32,000 nt of DNA from Nitrosomonas europaea (lineage in GTDB: Bacteria > Pseudomonadota > Gammaproteobacteria > Burkholderiales > Nitrosomonadaceae), in assembly GCF_900167395.1 (NCBI RefSeq), contig NZ_FUWK01000009.1, forward strand, positions 30,001-62,000, read 5' to 3'. Both the position numbers and the translations under genes were made by a program. Under the pieces are notes generated by a model, which ran no database searches, was not told the DNA's origin, and worked only from the letters and a program-made list of their open reading frames with translations. This document shows positions 1 through 8,721 of the stretch, one piece after another (position 1 is the first letter of the stretch; each line of letters opens with the position of its first letter).

Positions 1-89
1 TCATCGACCACTCGCCGCACCACCTCGGCAGGATCAGGAGGGATCGCCCCGGGCGAAGTAAAGTCAAGCAACAGATTGTCGGCACTCAT
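1..89 (-). CDS. 5' end (29 codons) of an unidentified CDS that runs off the left edge of the window
   Basis: ATG at 89..87 (minus strand), 18 nt downstream of the spoT stop. The frame stays open to position 1 (MSADNLLLDFTSPGAIPPDPAEVVRRVVD...). No recognisable motif and no clear Shine-Dalgarno, so this call is weak. Confidence 0.25.
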   Translation of the reverse strand, partial: MSADNLLLDFTSPGAIPPDPAEVVRRVVD

Positions 90-107
90 TTTTTATAAGG
101 TAGTGGT

Positions 108-2273
108 TTACAGGTTCTTGATACGCCCCATTTTGACTATTTCATCAATGTGCTTCAGCCTGCGGAAAATCTGTGCAAGGTGCTGACGATCTCTGGTCTG
201 CAGGATAAAGCGCATCGTGGTGTAATCTTTGTCATTCTCCAGCGTGATATCGTCAATATTCGAATCTGCTTTAGCGATCTCGGCAGTTACTCTGGCCAAT
301 ACGCCGCTTTTGTTTACCACCGTCATGAATATACTGACAGGAAAAGTTCGATCGATATCCGTTCCCCAGACGACATCCAGCTGATTTTCCATGTTTTTAT
401 GGTCCTTGATCCTGATTACCGCAGGACAGTCTTGCATATGGATCACCAGTCCCTGATCTTTCTTGATCAGACCAACGATACCGTCGCCCGGTATGGGATG
501 ACAGCATCGTGCAAATTTGACGGCCATTCCCTCAGTACCCAGGATGGTGATGGAGTTATTGCTCTGTATGTTTGAGACAGATTCACCCGGTACTGCCAGG
601 CGTTTGGCCAGAACGGCTGCAAGCTGTTTTCCCAGGGCAATGTCTGCCAGCAGTGCTTCTTTGGACTTGGCCTTGCTTTCCTTGACCAACTTTTCCCATT
701 GCGATGGCTCGATAGCGTCCGGATTTACGCCAAAAGAATGCAGCGCCTGATTCAGCAGGCGTTCTCCAAGCTTGACTGATTCATTGTATTGAATGGTCCT
801 CAGAAAATAGCGAATACTGGAGCGCGCTCTACCGGTGGCGACATAAGACAGCCAGATGGGGTTCGGCTTGGCTGCAGGGGCAGTGATGATTTCCACGCGA
901 TCCCCGCTTTTCAGTCGGGTACGCAACGGGGTGATTTCACCGTTGATTCTGGCCGCTACACAGCAGTTTCCGACGTCAGTATGCACAGCATAGGCGAAAT
1001 CCACTACTGTTGCGCCTCTTGGTAATGTCAATATCTTGCCTTGAGGAGTGAACACATATACTTCACCAGGGAACAGATCAACCTTGAGGTGCTCCAGAAA
1101 TTCGAGCGAATCGGAAGAGTCATTCAGGGTTTCCAGCAAACCTTTCATCCACTGATTGGCTTTCATGTGCAGATCATCTATTCCAGCATCAGTGTTCTTG
1201 CTTTTGTAAAGCCAGTGTGAAGCTACCCCGGCTTCTGCAATGTGATGCATCTCATGGGTGCGGATCTGTATTTCTATCGGTAATCCGTAAGGTCCAAGCA
1301 ATGTACTGTGTAACGACTGATAGCCGTTCGGTTTGGGGATGGCAATGTAGTCCTTGAATTTACCAGGGATCGGTTTGTAAAGGCTGTGGAGCGCTCCAAG
1401 TGCCACATAGCAGGAAGATACATCTCTGACGATCACCCGAAAACCGTAAATATCCAGTACATCCGAGAAACTGAGGTGTTTCTCGGCCATTTTCTTATAG
1501 ATACTGTACAAATGTTTTTCACGTCCGGTTACTACAGCATCCAACTCTGCTTCCTGCAGACGCTGCTTGATTGCATCGAGAATTTTTCCGACGACTTCCC
1601 GTCGATTTCCCCTGGCTGCTTTGGTTGCTTTGAGCAGGACCTTGTAGCGGGTCGGATAGGAAAAACAGAAACCCAGCTCCTGCAGCTCCTGGTAGATGTT
1701 TTCCAGGCCGAGTCGATGAGCAATCGGAGCATAAATTTCCAGAGTTTCCTGGGCGATACGGTGTTGTTTCTCCGGTGACATTACCTCGAGAGTGCGCATG
1801 TTATGCAGGCGATCAGCCAGCTTGATCAGTATTACCCGCACATCCTGTGCCATAGCCAGCAGCATTTTGCGGAAATTTTCCGCTTGCATATCCGCCTGTG
1901 TCTGGAATCTGATTTTGTCGAGTTTGGAAACCCCATCGACAAGTTCAGCCACGGAAGAACCAAATCTTTCGCTGATTTCCTGCTTCAGGATGCCGGTATC
2001 CTCTACCACATCGTGTAACAGTGCTGCAGTGAGTGTGACTGCATCCAGGCGCAGCTCGCCCAGTATTCTGGCTACAGTAATCGGGTGGGAGATGTAAGGT
2101 TCACCTGATTTCCTGAACTGTCCGGAGTGTGCCTTTTGGCTGAAGAAATAGGCACTCTTGAGTAATGCCAGATCTTCAGGTTTGAGATATTGGGATACTT
2201 CACTGATAAGCAGTTCCGCTTCCGGTGAAATAACCGCAGAATCGTCCGAGTCATTCAAAATAGGATTTTGCAT
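108..2273 (-). CDS. spoT: bifunctional (p)ppGpp synthetase/hydrolase, RelA/SpoT family (721 aa)
   Basis: ATG-initiated 721-aa ORF. It has an N-terminal HD hydrolase motif (HPITVARIL...LLHDVVEDT), a RelA_SpoT synthetase core (YKPIPGKFKDYIAIPKPNGYQSLHST), a TGS region (VFTPQGKILTLPRGATVVDFAY) and a C-terminal ACT-like region. The intact HD residues favour SpoT over RelA. Confidence 0.93.
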   Translation of the reverse strand: MQNPILNDSDDSAVISPEAELLISEVSQYLKPEDLALLKSAYFFSQKAHSGQFRKSGEPYISHPITVARILGELRLDAVTLTAALLHDVVEDTGILKQEISERFGSSVAELVDGVSKLDKIRFQTQADMQAENFRKMLLAMAQDVRVILIKLADRLHNMRTLEVMSPEKQHRIAQETLEIYAPIAHRLGLENIYQELQELGFCFSYPTRYKVLLKATKAARGNRREVVGKILDAIKQRLQEAELDAVVTGREKHLYSIYKKMAEKHLSFSDVLDIYGFRVIVRDVSSCYVALGALHSLYKPIPGKFKDYIAIPKPNGYQSLHSTLLGPYGLPIEIQIRTHEMHHIAEAGVASHWLYKSKNTDAGIDDLHMKANQWMKGLLETLNDSSDSLEFLEHLKVDLFPGEVYVFTPQGKILTLPRGATVVDFAYAVHTDVGNCCVAARINGEITPLRTRLKSGDRVEIITAPAAKPNPIWLSYVATGRARSSIRYFLRTIQYNESVKLGERLLNQALHSFGVNPDAIEPSQWEKLVKESKAKSKEALLADIALGKQLAAVLAKRLAVPGESVSNIQSNNSITILGTEGMAVKFARCCHPIPGDGIVGLIKKDQGLVIHMQDCPAVIRIKDHKNMENQLDVVWGTDIDRTFPVSIFMTVVNKSGVLARVTAEIAKADSNIDDITLENDKDYTTMRFILQTRDRQHLAQIFRRLKHIDEIVKMGRIKNL

Positions 2274-2612
2274 GAAATTCTCAAAATTTTTAAGTATGAA
2301 ACAATTTTGTTGTTTCTATCTTTTAGCAATGTCTGCCTGGCTTAACCGTTTTCCCGGGTCCTGATGGTGCACTATTCCAGATCAGGTGCGGGTGACATGA
2401 AGGCGTCAGCGGAGCACCCGGGAGTGGAAGTAATGACAACTCCAAACAAAAACATATTTTTGCTGAAAATACTAGCTCAGAACCAGGTGACGCACAATCC
2501 GGGCATGCAGCACAGCAAGCCGGGTAGAACAGATACCCGTGTTTCATAAAGCATGCTGTGGCTTCTAAACAGCCGGCCGGGATGTGTCGATTTACCGGAA
2601 ATTTGCTGTTAG

Positions 2613-2641
2613 TTGCTGTACGGGGTGATTTCAGTGATAAT
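2613..2641 (+). promoter_or_regulatory. candidate sigma-70 promoter for tRNA-Leu
   Basis: TTGCTG (2613-2618), a 17-nt spacer, then GATAAT (2636-2641). The -10 element ends 23 nt upstream of the mature tRNA 5' end. Pattern match only. Confidence 0.35.
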
Positions 2642-2664
2642 TGCGTTCCTGCCGCAACTTGAAA

Positions 2665-2751
2665 GCCGGGATGGCGGAATTGGTAGACGCACGGGACTCA
2701 AAATCCCGCGATGGTGACATCATGGGGGTTCGATTCCCCCTCCCGGCACCA
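2665..2751 (+). tRNA. tRNA-Leu (anticodon CAA), type II with long variable arm, CCA encoded
   Basis: Hand-folded cloverleaf. Acceptor GCCGGGA/TCCCGGC; anticodon stem CGGGA/TCCCG with loop CTCAAAA (CAA); variable arm GATG-GTGA-CATC; T arm GGGGG-TTCGATT-CCCCC; discriminator A followed by CCA. Confidence 0.95.
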
Positions 2752-3112
2752 CAAAGAATATTTTAAGCTCCGCTTTACTTCATCAAATTCAAGGCAGTCC
2801 GACAATCTGCTGGAAGTCAACTGGTAAGAAAACGGAGCGAAGACTTGTTAGCTTCCTGTTTGTTACTCTTCTGTACTTATCTAACCGAATGGTGCCGGTT
2901 TGGTGGTGCTGGTGTCAGCAGTAAAAAATGCACTTGGAGCGTATACAGGTACTGATAAACTTTGCTACTTGGACAATGCTGATTTCTGGTGCTTCTTCGG
3001 GCGGCACTCCATTTATATGATCTTTCCGAATCATAATCCAGGTATCTTGTGTCGGGTTGGATCATCCGGGTGCCCCGGGAAGCTCATCATTGATAATTGA
3101 TCAGGAGGACGA

Positions 3113-3475
3113 ATGAATCTCAAAAAATGGACAGATGAGGAACTGGTATCGACCCGGGATCAGATCGAGGCATGGTGTGCCAAATATGCTCAATCGGTCT
3201 GGGATGGACGCAAGGGATACCTAACGGGATTACTGGGTGTATTTGGTATCTCGACTGGCGTTGTATTTTTAATGTTCGATGGGATTGAAGTGGTGAGTTT
3301 TGTGCCGATTTTGCTGGGGGTGATCGTCTGCTTTACATGGTGGAAGACAAAACAGCAGCACAAGAAAAACAATGGTTTTCTGGAAGAGATCAAAGAAGAG
3401 ATCGCACGCCGGGCAAAAAAAATGGAGAAGATCGAGAAAAATAAGCCCCAGTCAAACCATGCTGTATTACCGTAA
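3113..3475 (+). CDS. small hypothetical membrane protein (120 aa; two predicted TM helices plus a Lys/Glu-rich tail)
   Basis: Strong SD (AGGAGG, 5 nt spacer) before the ATG at 3113. Hydrophobic segments GLLGVFGISTGVVFLMF and VVSFVPILLGVIVCFTWW are followed by a charged, coiled-coil-like tail. No family recognised. Confidence 0.65.
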   Translation: MNLKKWTDEELVSTRDQIEAWCAKYAQSVWDGRKGYLTGLLGVFGISTGVVFLMFDGIEVVSFVPILLGVIVCFTWWKTKQQHKKNNGFLEEIKEEIARRAKKMEKIEKNKPQSNHAVLP

Positions 3476-3562
3476 TTCCAGATTGACTGATCTGCTGCTC
3501 GATTGATCCGGGAATTGATCGTCGGTAAGTCTGAGCTCATCAATGTAAGTCGAATGACCGGA

Positions 3563-4738
3563 TTAAGGCAGTTTGAGTGTCAGTTGTGAAATATCTGCTT
3601 TGGGAATCCGGACGGGTAGTGAAGGCCGCAGAGTATGCAGAACTTTCCGGGCAGTTGCGCGGCAGACAGTCAGTTTTCCCCCATAAATTCCCACAATCCG
3701 GGGAGATTCAGGCGAATCACATTGCAGGTGAGTTTCACGCGAGCGACCGAAAGGATTATTGCGCGATACGGGCAGTACGCGCAGGCCGGTAAAGCGTTCC
3801 CGTACCGTGGCGCCGTGATCGGGAAAATAATACCGGAAGCAACCCAGCAGGTAGTTTTCTTCGGATACCAGCGGGAGAGCCTTGTCGGGTGCTCCTTCGA
3901 ATACTGTTTCAGTTGTGCCCAGTAAAATATGCTGTTTCCATGGCAGCGCGAAAATGGCTCTTCGATCCTGTGGTGATTCGAGGTAATAACAGCCTTTATC
4001 CAGACTTCCTTCCAGTATCAGATGAGTGCCTTGTACCAGCTCTACCGGGTATGCCGGTGGTGCGGGCGAGATTCGTTCCGCTACCTGACTGACCCATGGG
4101 CCGGCAGCATTGACGAGCGAGCTTGCCGTACACTGGTAAGCCTGGTTGTTTTCCAGAAATTCGATTTCACAAATCTCTCCGGAAATTCTGGCGTGGATGA
4201 ATTCAGCCGGGCAGTGTAATTCCACCCCGAGCGAGGAGGCAGAATGCATGATCGCCCGGGTGAGCGCCTGATCGTCGGTTTGCGCATCCCAATACTGGAA
4301 GACATGTCTGAGTCCTCGCGTGGAGAGGCCGTCCAGCTCCCCCCATCTCCTTCTTGGTATGGAATGAAAGCCTGCGCCTTTGCTCAATCCTGCAAGCAGG
4401 GCATAGAGACTGAGCCCTGCGCGTATGGTCAGCGTATCGCGTGAAGTCTGATCGTAAATGGGGATATGAAATGGCTGCAATCTGACCAGTGAAGGCGCAA
4501 GGCGCAGGAGCGCAGCCCGTTCCTTCAGGCTTTCCCATACCAGTCCGAACTGGCCGCTTTCCAGATAACGCAGACCGCCGTGGATCAGTTTGCTTGAACG
4601 GCTCGAAGTTCCTGCAGCCAAAGCAGTTTTTTCCAGCACCAGCACATTGTAGCCAAGTGCAGCGGCAGCCTGTGCAACGGCTGCGCCTTGAATTCCTCCT
4701 CCTATGATTACAATGTCGTAGTGGCGGGTTGTAGGCAT
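3563..4738 (-). CDS. FAD-dependent oxidoreductase, glycerol-3-phosphate dehydrogenase (GlpD)-like, short form (391 aa)
   Basis: N-terminus YDIVIIGGGIQGAAVAQAAAALGYNVLVLEKTALAAGTSSRSSKLIHGGLRYLE closely parallels the E. coli GlpD dinucleotide-binding and SSKLIHGGLRYLE motifs. At 391 aa it lacks roughly the last 100 aa of canonical GlpD. Its start lies 7 nt after the stop of the upstream phosphodiesterase gene. Confidence 0.85.
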   Translation of the reverse strand: MPTTRHYDIVIIGGGIQGAAVAQAAAALGYNVLVLEKTALAAGTSSRSSKLIHGGLRYLESGQFGLVWESLKERAALLRLAPSLVRLQPFHIPIYDQTSRDTLTIRAGLSLYALLAGLSKGAGFHSIPRRRWGELDGLSTRGLRHVFQYWDAQTDDQALTRAIMHSASSLGVELHCPAEFIHARISGEICEIEFLENNQAYQCTASSLVNAAGPWVSQVAERISPAPPAYPVELVQGTHLILEGSLDKGCYYLESPQDRRAIFALPWKQHILLGTTETVFEGAPDKALPLVSEENYLLGCFRYYFPDHGATVRERFTGLRVLPVSRNNPFGRSRETHLQCDSPESPRIVGIYGGKLTVCRATARKVLHTLRPSLPVRIPKADISQLTLKLP

Positions 4739-4745
4739 GGCTTGG

Positions 4746-5480
4746 TCAGGGAGCGAGCAGCGTGCTGATCGTATCGGTTTCGATCAGTGTAATGCCGGCT
4801 TCTGCATAACCGAGTGCCGTAGCGTAATCATCGACTGTATAAATCACCCATTGCCAGGGACCGGGCCAGAGTTGATCGAGTTTTTCGGGAAGACAGCGGA
4901 TGCTGCTGAACAGATAATCCGGCTGCAAGCGTGCTGCCATGGCCGATTGTTCGTCAGTCCAGTGTTCGATGATCCAGCCGGTTTTGTACATCTGATGCGA
5001 TTTGATCAGTGCAATCAATTCCCAGTCGAATGAAATCAGGACACATTGTGTGTGCACCACATCAATGACCGGAAGAATTGCATCCATCGTTTTGCTCAGA
5101 CCAAACCGGGCAATGCTTTCAGATTTGATTTCGACGAAGGTGGTGACTTGGGGATGCTGCGCCAGATAGCGGCAGAATTCTGCCAGACGGGGAATTGGAG
5201 CAGGCTCTGTACCGGATGAACACGTGACATCTGGGCAGGAGACGGTCAGTGTATCGATTTCATCGTCTTTCAGTCTGGTCAGATAGGCATTGCGGCCGGT
5301 CAATCGCTTCAGATTATCGTCATGACAGAGATAGGGAGTCAGCTGGCGGCTCAGTTGAATGTCAATTTCAACATACCGGGCACCAGCCTGGACTGCAGCC
5401 CGAATTCCGACCAGTGAATTTTCCGGATACAATGCGGGATACCCTCGATGGGCAACGAAACAAGGAACACCATGCACCAT
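4746..5480 (-). CDS. glycerophosphodiester phosphodiesterase family protein (GDPD; cytoplasmic UgpQ-like, 244 aa)
   Basis: Shows the GDPD signature (HRGYPALYPENSLVGIRAAVQAGARYVEIDIQLS). No signal peptide. Probably forms an operon with the GlpD-like gene. Confidence 0.85.
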   Translation of the reverse strand: MVHGVPCFVAHRGYPALYPENSLVGIRAAVQAGARYVEIDIQLSRQLTPYLCHDDNLKRLTGRNAYLTRLKDDEIDTLTVSCPDVTCSSGTEPAPIPRLAEFCRYLAQHPQVTTFVEIKSESIARFGLSKTMDAILPVIDVVHTQCVLISFDWELIALIKSHQMYKTGWIIEHWTDEQSAMAARLQPDYLFSSIRCLPEKLDQLWPGPWQWVIYTVDDYATALGYAEAGITLIETDTISTLLAP

Positions 5481-5590
5481 TACAGAAGAACCACTCCTCT
5501 TTTTCCTCGAGTCTACTCTCTATTCCATTGGATTGCGATGTTATCCGGTAATGGAAGGACCGTTCAGGAGCCGTTCAGTTTGAAGGGGGT

Positions 5591-6250
5591 ATGATGTATA
5601 AAAGAGATACTCGTTTCAGTATGGTGTTTCCGGCGTTGCTCGCGGTGGTTTTGTTTGTTCCGTTTGTGATGAATTTTCTGGCACATGCGTGGTATGGAGA
5701 GAAACATTTTCCACCACTGACGATGATGAAACTGCCGGCTGACAGTTCGGTCATCAGCCTGCCGCAAGAAATAAAACAATACAAACCTTTTGAAATCACA
5801 TTGCAACTGAATACCAGAGAACTGGCGCGGCGTATCAACGATATCGTCAAGAAATCTCATCCCGGAACCGAGCTGCAAGGTATTCGCAGCGAGGTTTTCC
5901 CTGAAATGCGTGCCAGGATAGCCGGAGATGCATTTTCGATCGATCCACCGGAGCCGCAGGTGCAGTTCTTTTCCGGTCAAGGTGAGATGAGCCGGTGGTC
6001 CTGGATCATTACTCCAGAAAAGACGGGGCGTCACCACCTGTTGATCGAGCTGCATCTGCAAACGGCTGAAACCACCCGTGAGCATCCGCAAGTTGCGGAT
6101 CTGGCTGAAATTCAGTTGTTTGTACGAGAAAACCCAGAAGCATGGATGCGGACTCATGGTATCTGGTATGCGCTCTTTACTCTGCTGGCAGCAGGGTGGT
6201 GGTGGAAAAAACGTCTAATAAAAAAACGAAAAGCAGCCAAAGAGCAGTAA
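5591..6250 (+). CDS. hypothetical exported protein with a C-terminal TM anchor and a basic tail (219 aa)
   Basis: SD GAAGGGGG lies directly upstream of the ATG at 5591. The N-terminus is signal-peptide-like with an AHA-W site (MMYKRDTRFSMVFPALLAVVLFVPFVMNFLAHA). The soluble domain is about 150 aa. The C-terminus is ENPEAWMRTHGIWYALFTLLAAGWWWKKRLIKKRKAAKEQ. The gene ends 41 nt before czcC. No family recognised. Confidence 0.7.
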   Translation: MMYKRDTRFSMVFPALLAVVLFVPFVMNFLAHAWYGEKHFPPLTMMKLPADSSVISLPQEIKQYKPFEITLQLNTRELARRINDIVKKSHPGTELQGIRSEVFPEMRARIAGDAFSIDPPEPQVQFFSGQGEMSRWSWIITPEKTGRHHLLIELHLQTAETTREHPQVADLAEIQLFVRENPEAWMRTHGIWYALFTLLAAGWWWKKRLIKKRKAAKEQ

Positions 6251-6291
6251 CTGCTCGCTTTATAAAAATACAGCTTTTATCTTCATTTTGT

Positions 6292-7548
6292 ATGCGGAAA
6301 ATTTTTCTCTGGAGTTTCCTGTCTGGCTTCGCTTTATTTACGGGATCAAATTATCCGGTTCTGGCGGCGGGAGGCGGATATACCGTCACTGATATTCAGC
6401 GTATGGGTTTACAGGCCAATGGCTTGCTGCAGGCTGTCCGTTCACAGGTCGAGATAGCCAGGGCAGAGGTTACCAGTGCATCGGCATTTCCCAACCCTGA
6501 AGTTACTTTTATGGCTGGCCCTGACAGTAAGCGTTTACCTGAGATTGATACCGGGCCGGCTTCCATGCAACGGCAGGTGACAGTCAGTCAGTCACTGGAA
6601 AATCCATTTGTGCGGCGTGCCCGGATCGGTGCGGCAGAGGCCGGGGTGGAAGCCAGTCGCGCAAATCTGGAACAGGCACGGGCAGATCTGGCGGCGCAAC
6701 TTCGGGTACATATCTATGAATTTCTGTTGCGACGTGGTCTGGCTGAGATGGAATCAGATATTCATGATCTGATGGGGGAAATACAGCGTCGTATCAAGCT
6801 GAGCGTTGAATCGGGTGAAACTGCCCGCTTCGAGTTGATTCGTGCCGATACCGAAGTAATGACGGCAGCGAGCAGAAAAGAGGCAGCATTATTGAATACC
6901 GAACGGGCACGTATTGCTCTGTTGCAATTGACAGCAGGCGCCTTGCCACCTGAATTCAACGTGACTGCTTCGCTCGGTGATCCGGTCGAATTGCCTTCAC
7001 TTGAAGCGTTACGTGTTGAGTTATCAACTGTGAATCCGGAAATTCTGCGTTTGGAGGCAGAGCAGAATCGCGCACATCTGCGAATCGACCAGGAGCGTGC
7101 TTCTGTACTGCCGTCAGTGAATATTCTTTACAGCAATTACCAGGACAAGCAATTTACATCGAATACCGCTGGATTGAGCGTACGGATTCCACTTTTCTAT
7201 CAGCGGCGCGGTGAAGTCGATGCAGCGGTTTCAGATGCAGCCAGAGTGCGCGAGACGCTCGATTATCGTCGCTATGAGATCAATCGACTGCTGGAATCCG
7301 CCTGGCAGGCGATGGAGATTGCGCGGCGCAGAGTGGAAATGTTTGAAGGCGGTATCGTCAAGGAAGCAGAAGCGGCGCTGCGTGTGGCGGAAGCTGCTTT
7401 CCGGCTGGGGGAAAGAGGGTTTATCGAGGTGCTGGATACCCAGCGGGTGTTGCGTAATGCCCGTTCGGAGCTGTTGCAGGCCCAGTTCGAATTACAGTCA
7501 GCAGCGGCAGAGATAGATCGGCTGCGAGCGCATTATCCAAAGGAGTAA
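6292..7548 (+). CDS. czcC: TolC-like outer-membrane efflux protein, CzcC family (418 aa)
   Basis: The ORF track begins at 6142, but the ATG at 6292 yields a signal peptide (MRKIFLWSFLSGFALFTGSNYPVLAAG). The body is a two-repeat alpha-helical/beta-barrel OMF-type sequence. It sits first in a C-B-A operon. The symbol is a family-level assignment only. Confidence 0.85.
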   Translation: MRKIFLWSFLSGFALFTGSNYPVLAAGGGYTVTDIQRMGLQANGLLQAVRSQVEIARAEVTSASAFPNPEVTFMAGPDSKRLPEIDTGPASMQRQVTVSQSLENPFVRRARIGAAEAGVEASRANLEQARADLAAQLRVHIYEFLLRRGLAEMESDIHDLMGEIQRRIKLSVESGETARFELIRADTEVMTAASRKEAALLNTERARIALLQLTAGALPPEFNVTASLGDPVELPSLEALRVELSTVNPEILRLEAEQNRAHLRIDQERASVLPSVNILYSNYQDKQFTSNTAGLSVRIPLFYQRRGEVDAAVSDAARVRETLDYRRYEINRLLESAWQAMEIARRRVEMFEGGIVKEAEAALRVAEAAFRLGERGFIEVLDTQRVLRNARSELLQAQFELQSAAAEIDRLRAHYPKE

Positions 7549-7557
7549 CCTTTTTCA

Positions 7558-8721
7558 ATGAATTTGCAGATACAGATCATTGCTGTTTTTCTTGCATTCG
7601 TCACACTGTCTGTTCCGGGTTGCAAGAGCGGAGAGGAACAGGAGCCTCCGGAAAAACACGTCAAGGCAGAAACAGATGATGCCAATACAATTTTTCTCAG
7701 GCCGGATTTACGCGAACGGATCAAAACCGGCAAGCCCTTTTATGCCGATATTGCTGAAAAACTGAGCGTCCCCGGGCAGATCAAGGTCAACGAATTGAAG
7801 CTCGTTCAGGTCGGGGCGAGCTTTACCGGGCGGATCGTCGAAATTTATGCACATTTGGGGGATAGTGTTTCCGCCGGTACCAAACTGGCCAGGATTTCAA
7901 GCCCGGAACTGACCCAGGCTCAACTGGCTTATCTGCGTGCCAATTCTCTGGCAGTACTGGCACAGCGTGCAGCCATGCGCGCACAGCAATTGTTTGAGGA
8001 GGATGTCATCAGTGCTGCAGAGCTGCAGCGCCGGGAATCGGAATTACAGGTTTCAAACGCTGAACTGAGTGCGGCGAAGGATCATTTGCGGTTGCTGGGA
8101 ATGGATAACCAGGCAGTGCAGGATCTGACCAAACGTGGCCAGATCCTGCCTTCCGTGGTCATTACCGCACCGCGCAGCGGTACGGTAATTGCACGCGATG
8201 TTGCGCTGGGACAGGTGGTTCAGCCTTCGGATCAGCTATTTACACTGGCTGATTTGTCGGTGCTGTGGGTGGTGGGGGATGTCCCGGAGCATGCTGCCCA
8301 TTTTGTCGAGCTGGGTCAGCATGTGGAAGTGCGCGTACCTGCATTGGGGGACACGAGTTTCGATGGAACCATCATTTTTGTATCCGACATCGTCAATCCG
8401 CTGACACGAACGGTAACTGTCCGCACGGAAGTGGATAATCCTGAACGCAGGTTACGTCCGGATATGCTGACCACAGTGAATATCGATGAACACGCGCGTG
8501 AGCGTCTGGTCATCCCGGAAGGGGCGGTGGTACGTGAGAATAATGAGGATCATGTGTTCATTGCCCGGGAAGATGGCGGTTTCACACTGACTCCGGTCAA
8601 ACTGGATGAAATGATCAATCAGGTAAGACCCGTCCTGGAAGGGTTGACACCGGATCAGCAGATCATCGTCGATGGTGCCTTTCACCTGAATAACGAGCGC
8701 AAGCGCAAGGATCTGGAGTAA
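7558..8721 (+). CDS. czcB: efflux RND periplasmic adaptor (membrane-fusion protein, HlyD/CzcB family, 387 aa)
   Basis: AAGGAG lies 12 nt upstream of the ATG. The N-terminus is lipoprotein-like (LSVPGC). It has biotinyl-lipoyl-like and coiled-coil hairpin regions (ISSPELTQAQLAYLRA...). Its stop overlaps the czcA start (TAATG). Confidence 0.9.
   Translation: MNLQIQIIAVFLAFVTLSVPGCKSGEEQEPPEKHVKAETDDANTIFLRPDLRERIKTGKPFYADIAEKLSVPGQIKVNELKLVQVGASFTGRIVEIYAHLGDSVSAGTKLARISSPELTQAQLAYLRANSLAVLAQRAAMRAQQLFEEDVISAAELQRRESELQVSNAELSAAKDHLRLLGMDNQAVQDLTKRGQILPSVVITAPRSGTVIARDVALGQVVQPSDQLFTLADLSVLWVVGDVPEHAAHFVELGQHVEVRVPALGDTSFDGTIIFVSDIVNPLTRTVTVRTEVDNPERRLRPDMLTTVNIDEHARERLVIPEGAVVRENNEDHVFIAREDGGFTLTPVKLDEMINQVRPVLEGLTPDQQIIVDGAFHLNNERKRKDLE

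Noticed and set aside
2274-2664. Absence of rpoZ upstream of spoT. The 390-bp spoT / tRNA-Leu intergenic region contains only a 74-aa Cys/Pro-rich ORF (2323..2547, minus strand).
   Set aside because: rpoZ-spoT linkage is common but not universal. The 74-aa ORF has no SD and does not resemble the omega subunit. I could not recognise an ncRNA here by eye.
2890-2898. tggtgccgg, a 9-nt inverted match to the 3' end of tRNA-Leu, considered as a possible att remnant
   Set aside because: It is only 9 nt, in the wrong (inverted) orientation for an att duplication, and has no integrase nearby. This is compatible with chance.
5564-6157. 197-aa minus-strand ORF overlapping the 5591..6250 ORF
   Set aside because: It has no SD or motifs. 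The plus-strand ORF has a strong SD, a signal peptide and a TM anchor, and fits the operon direction.
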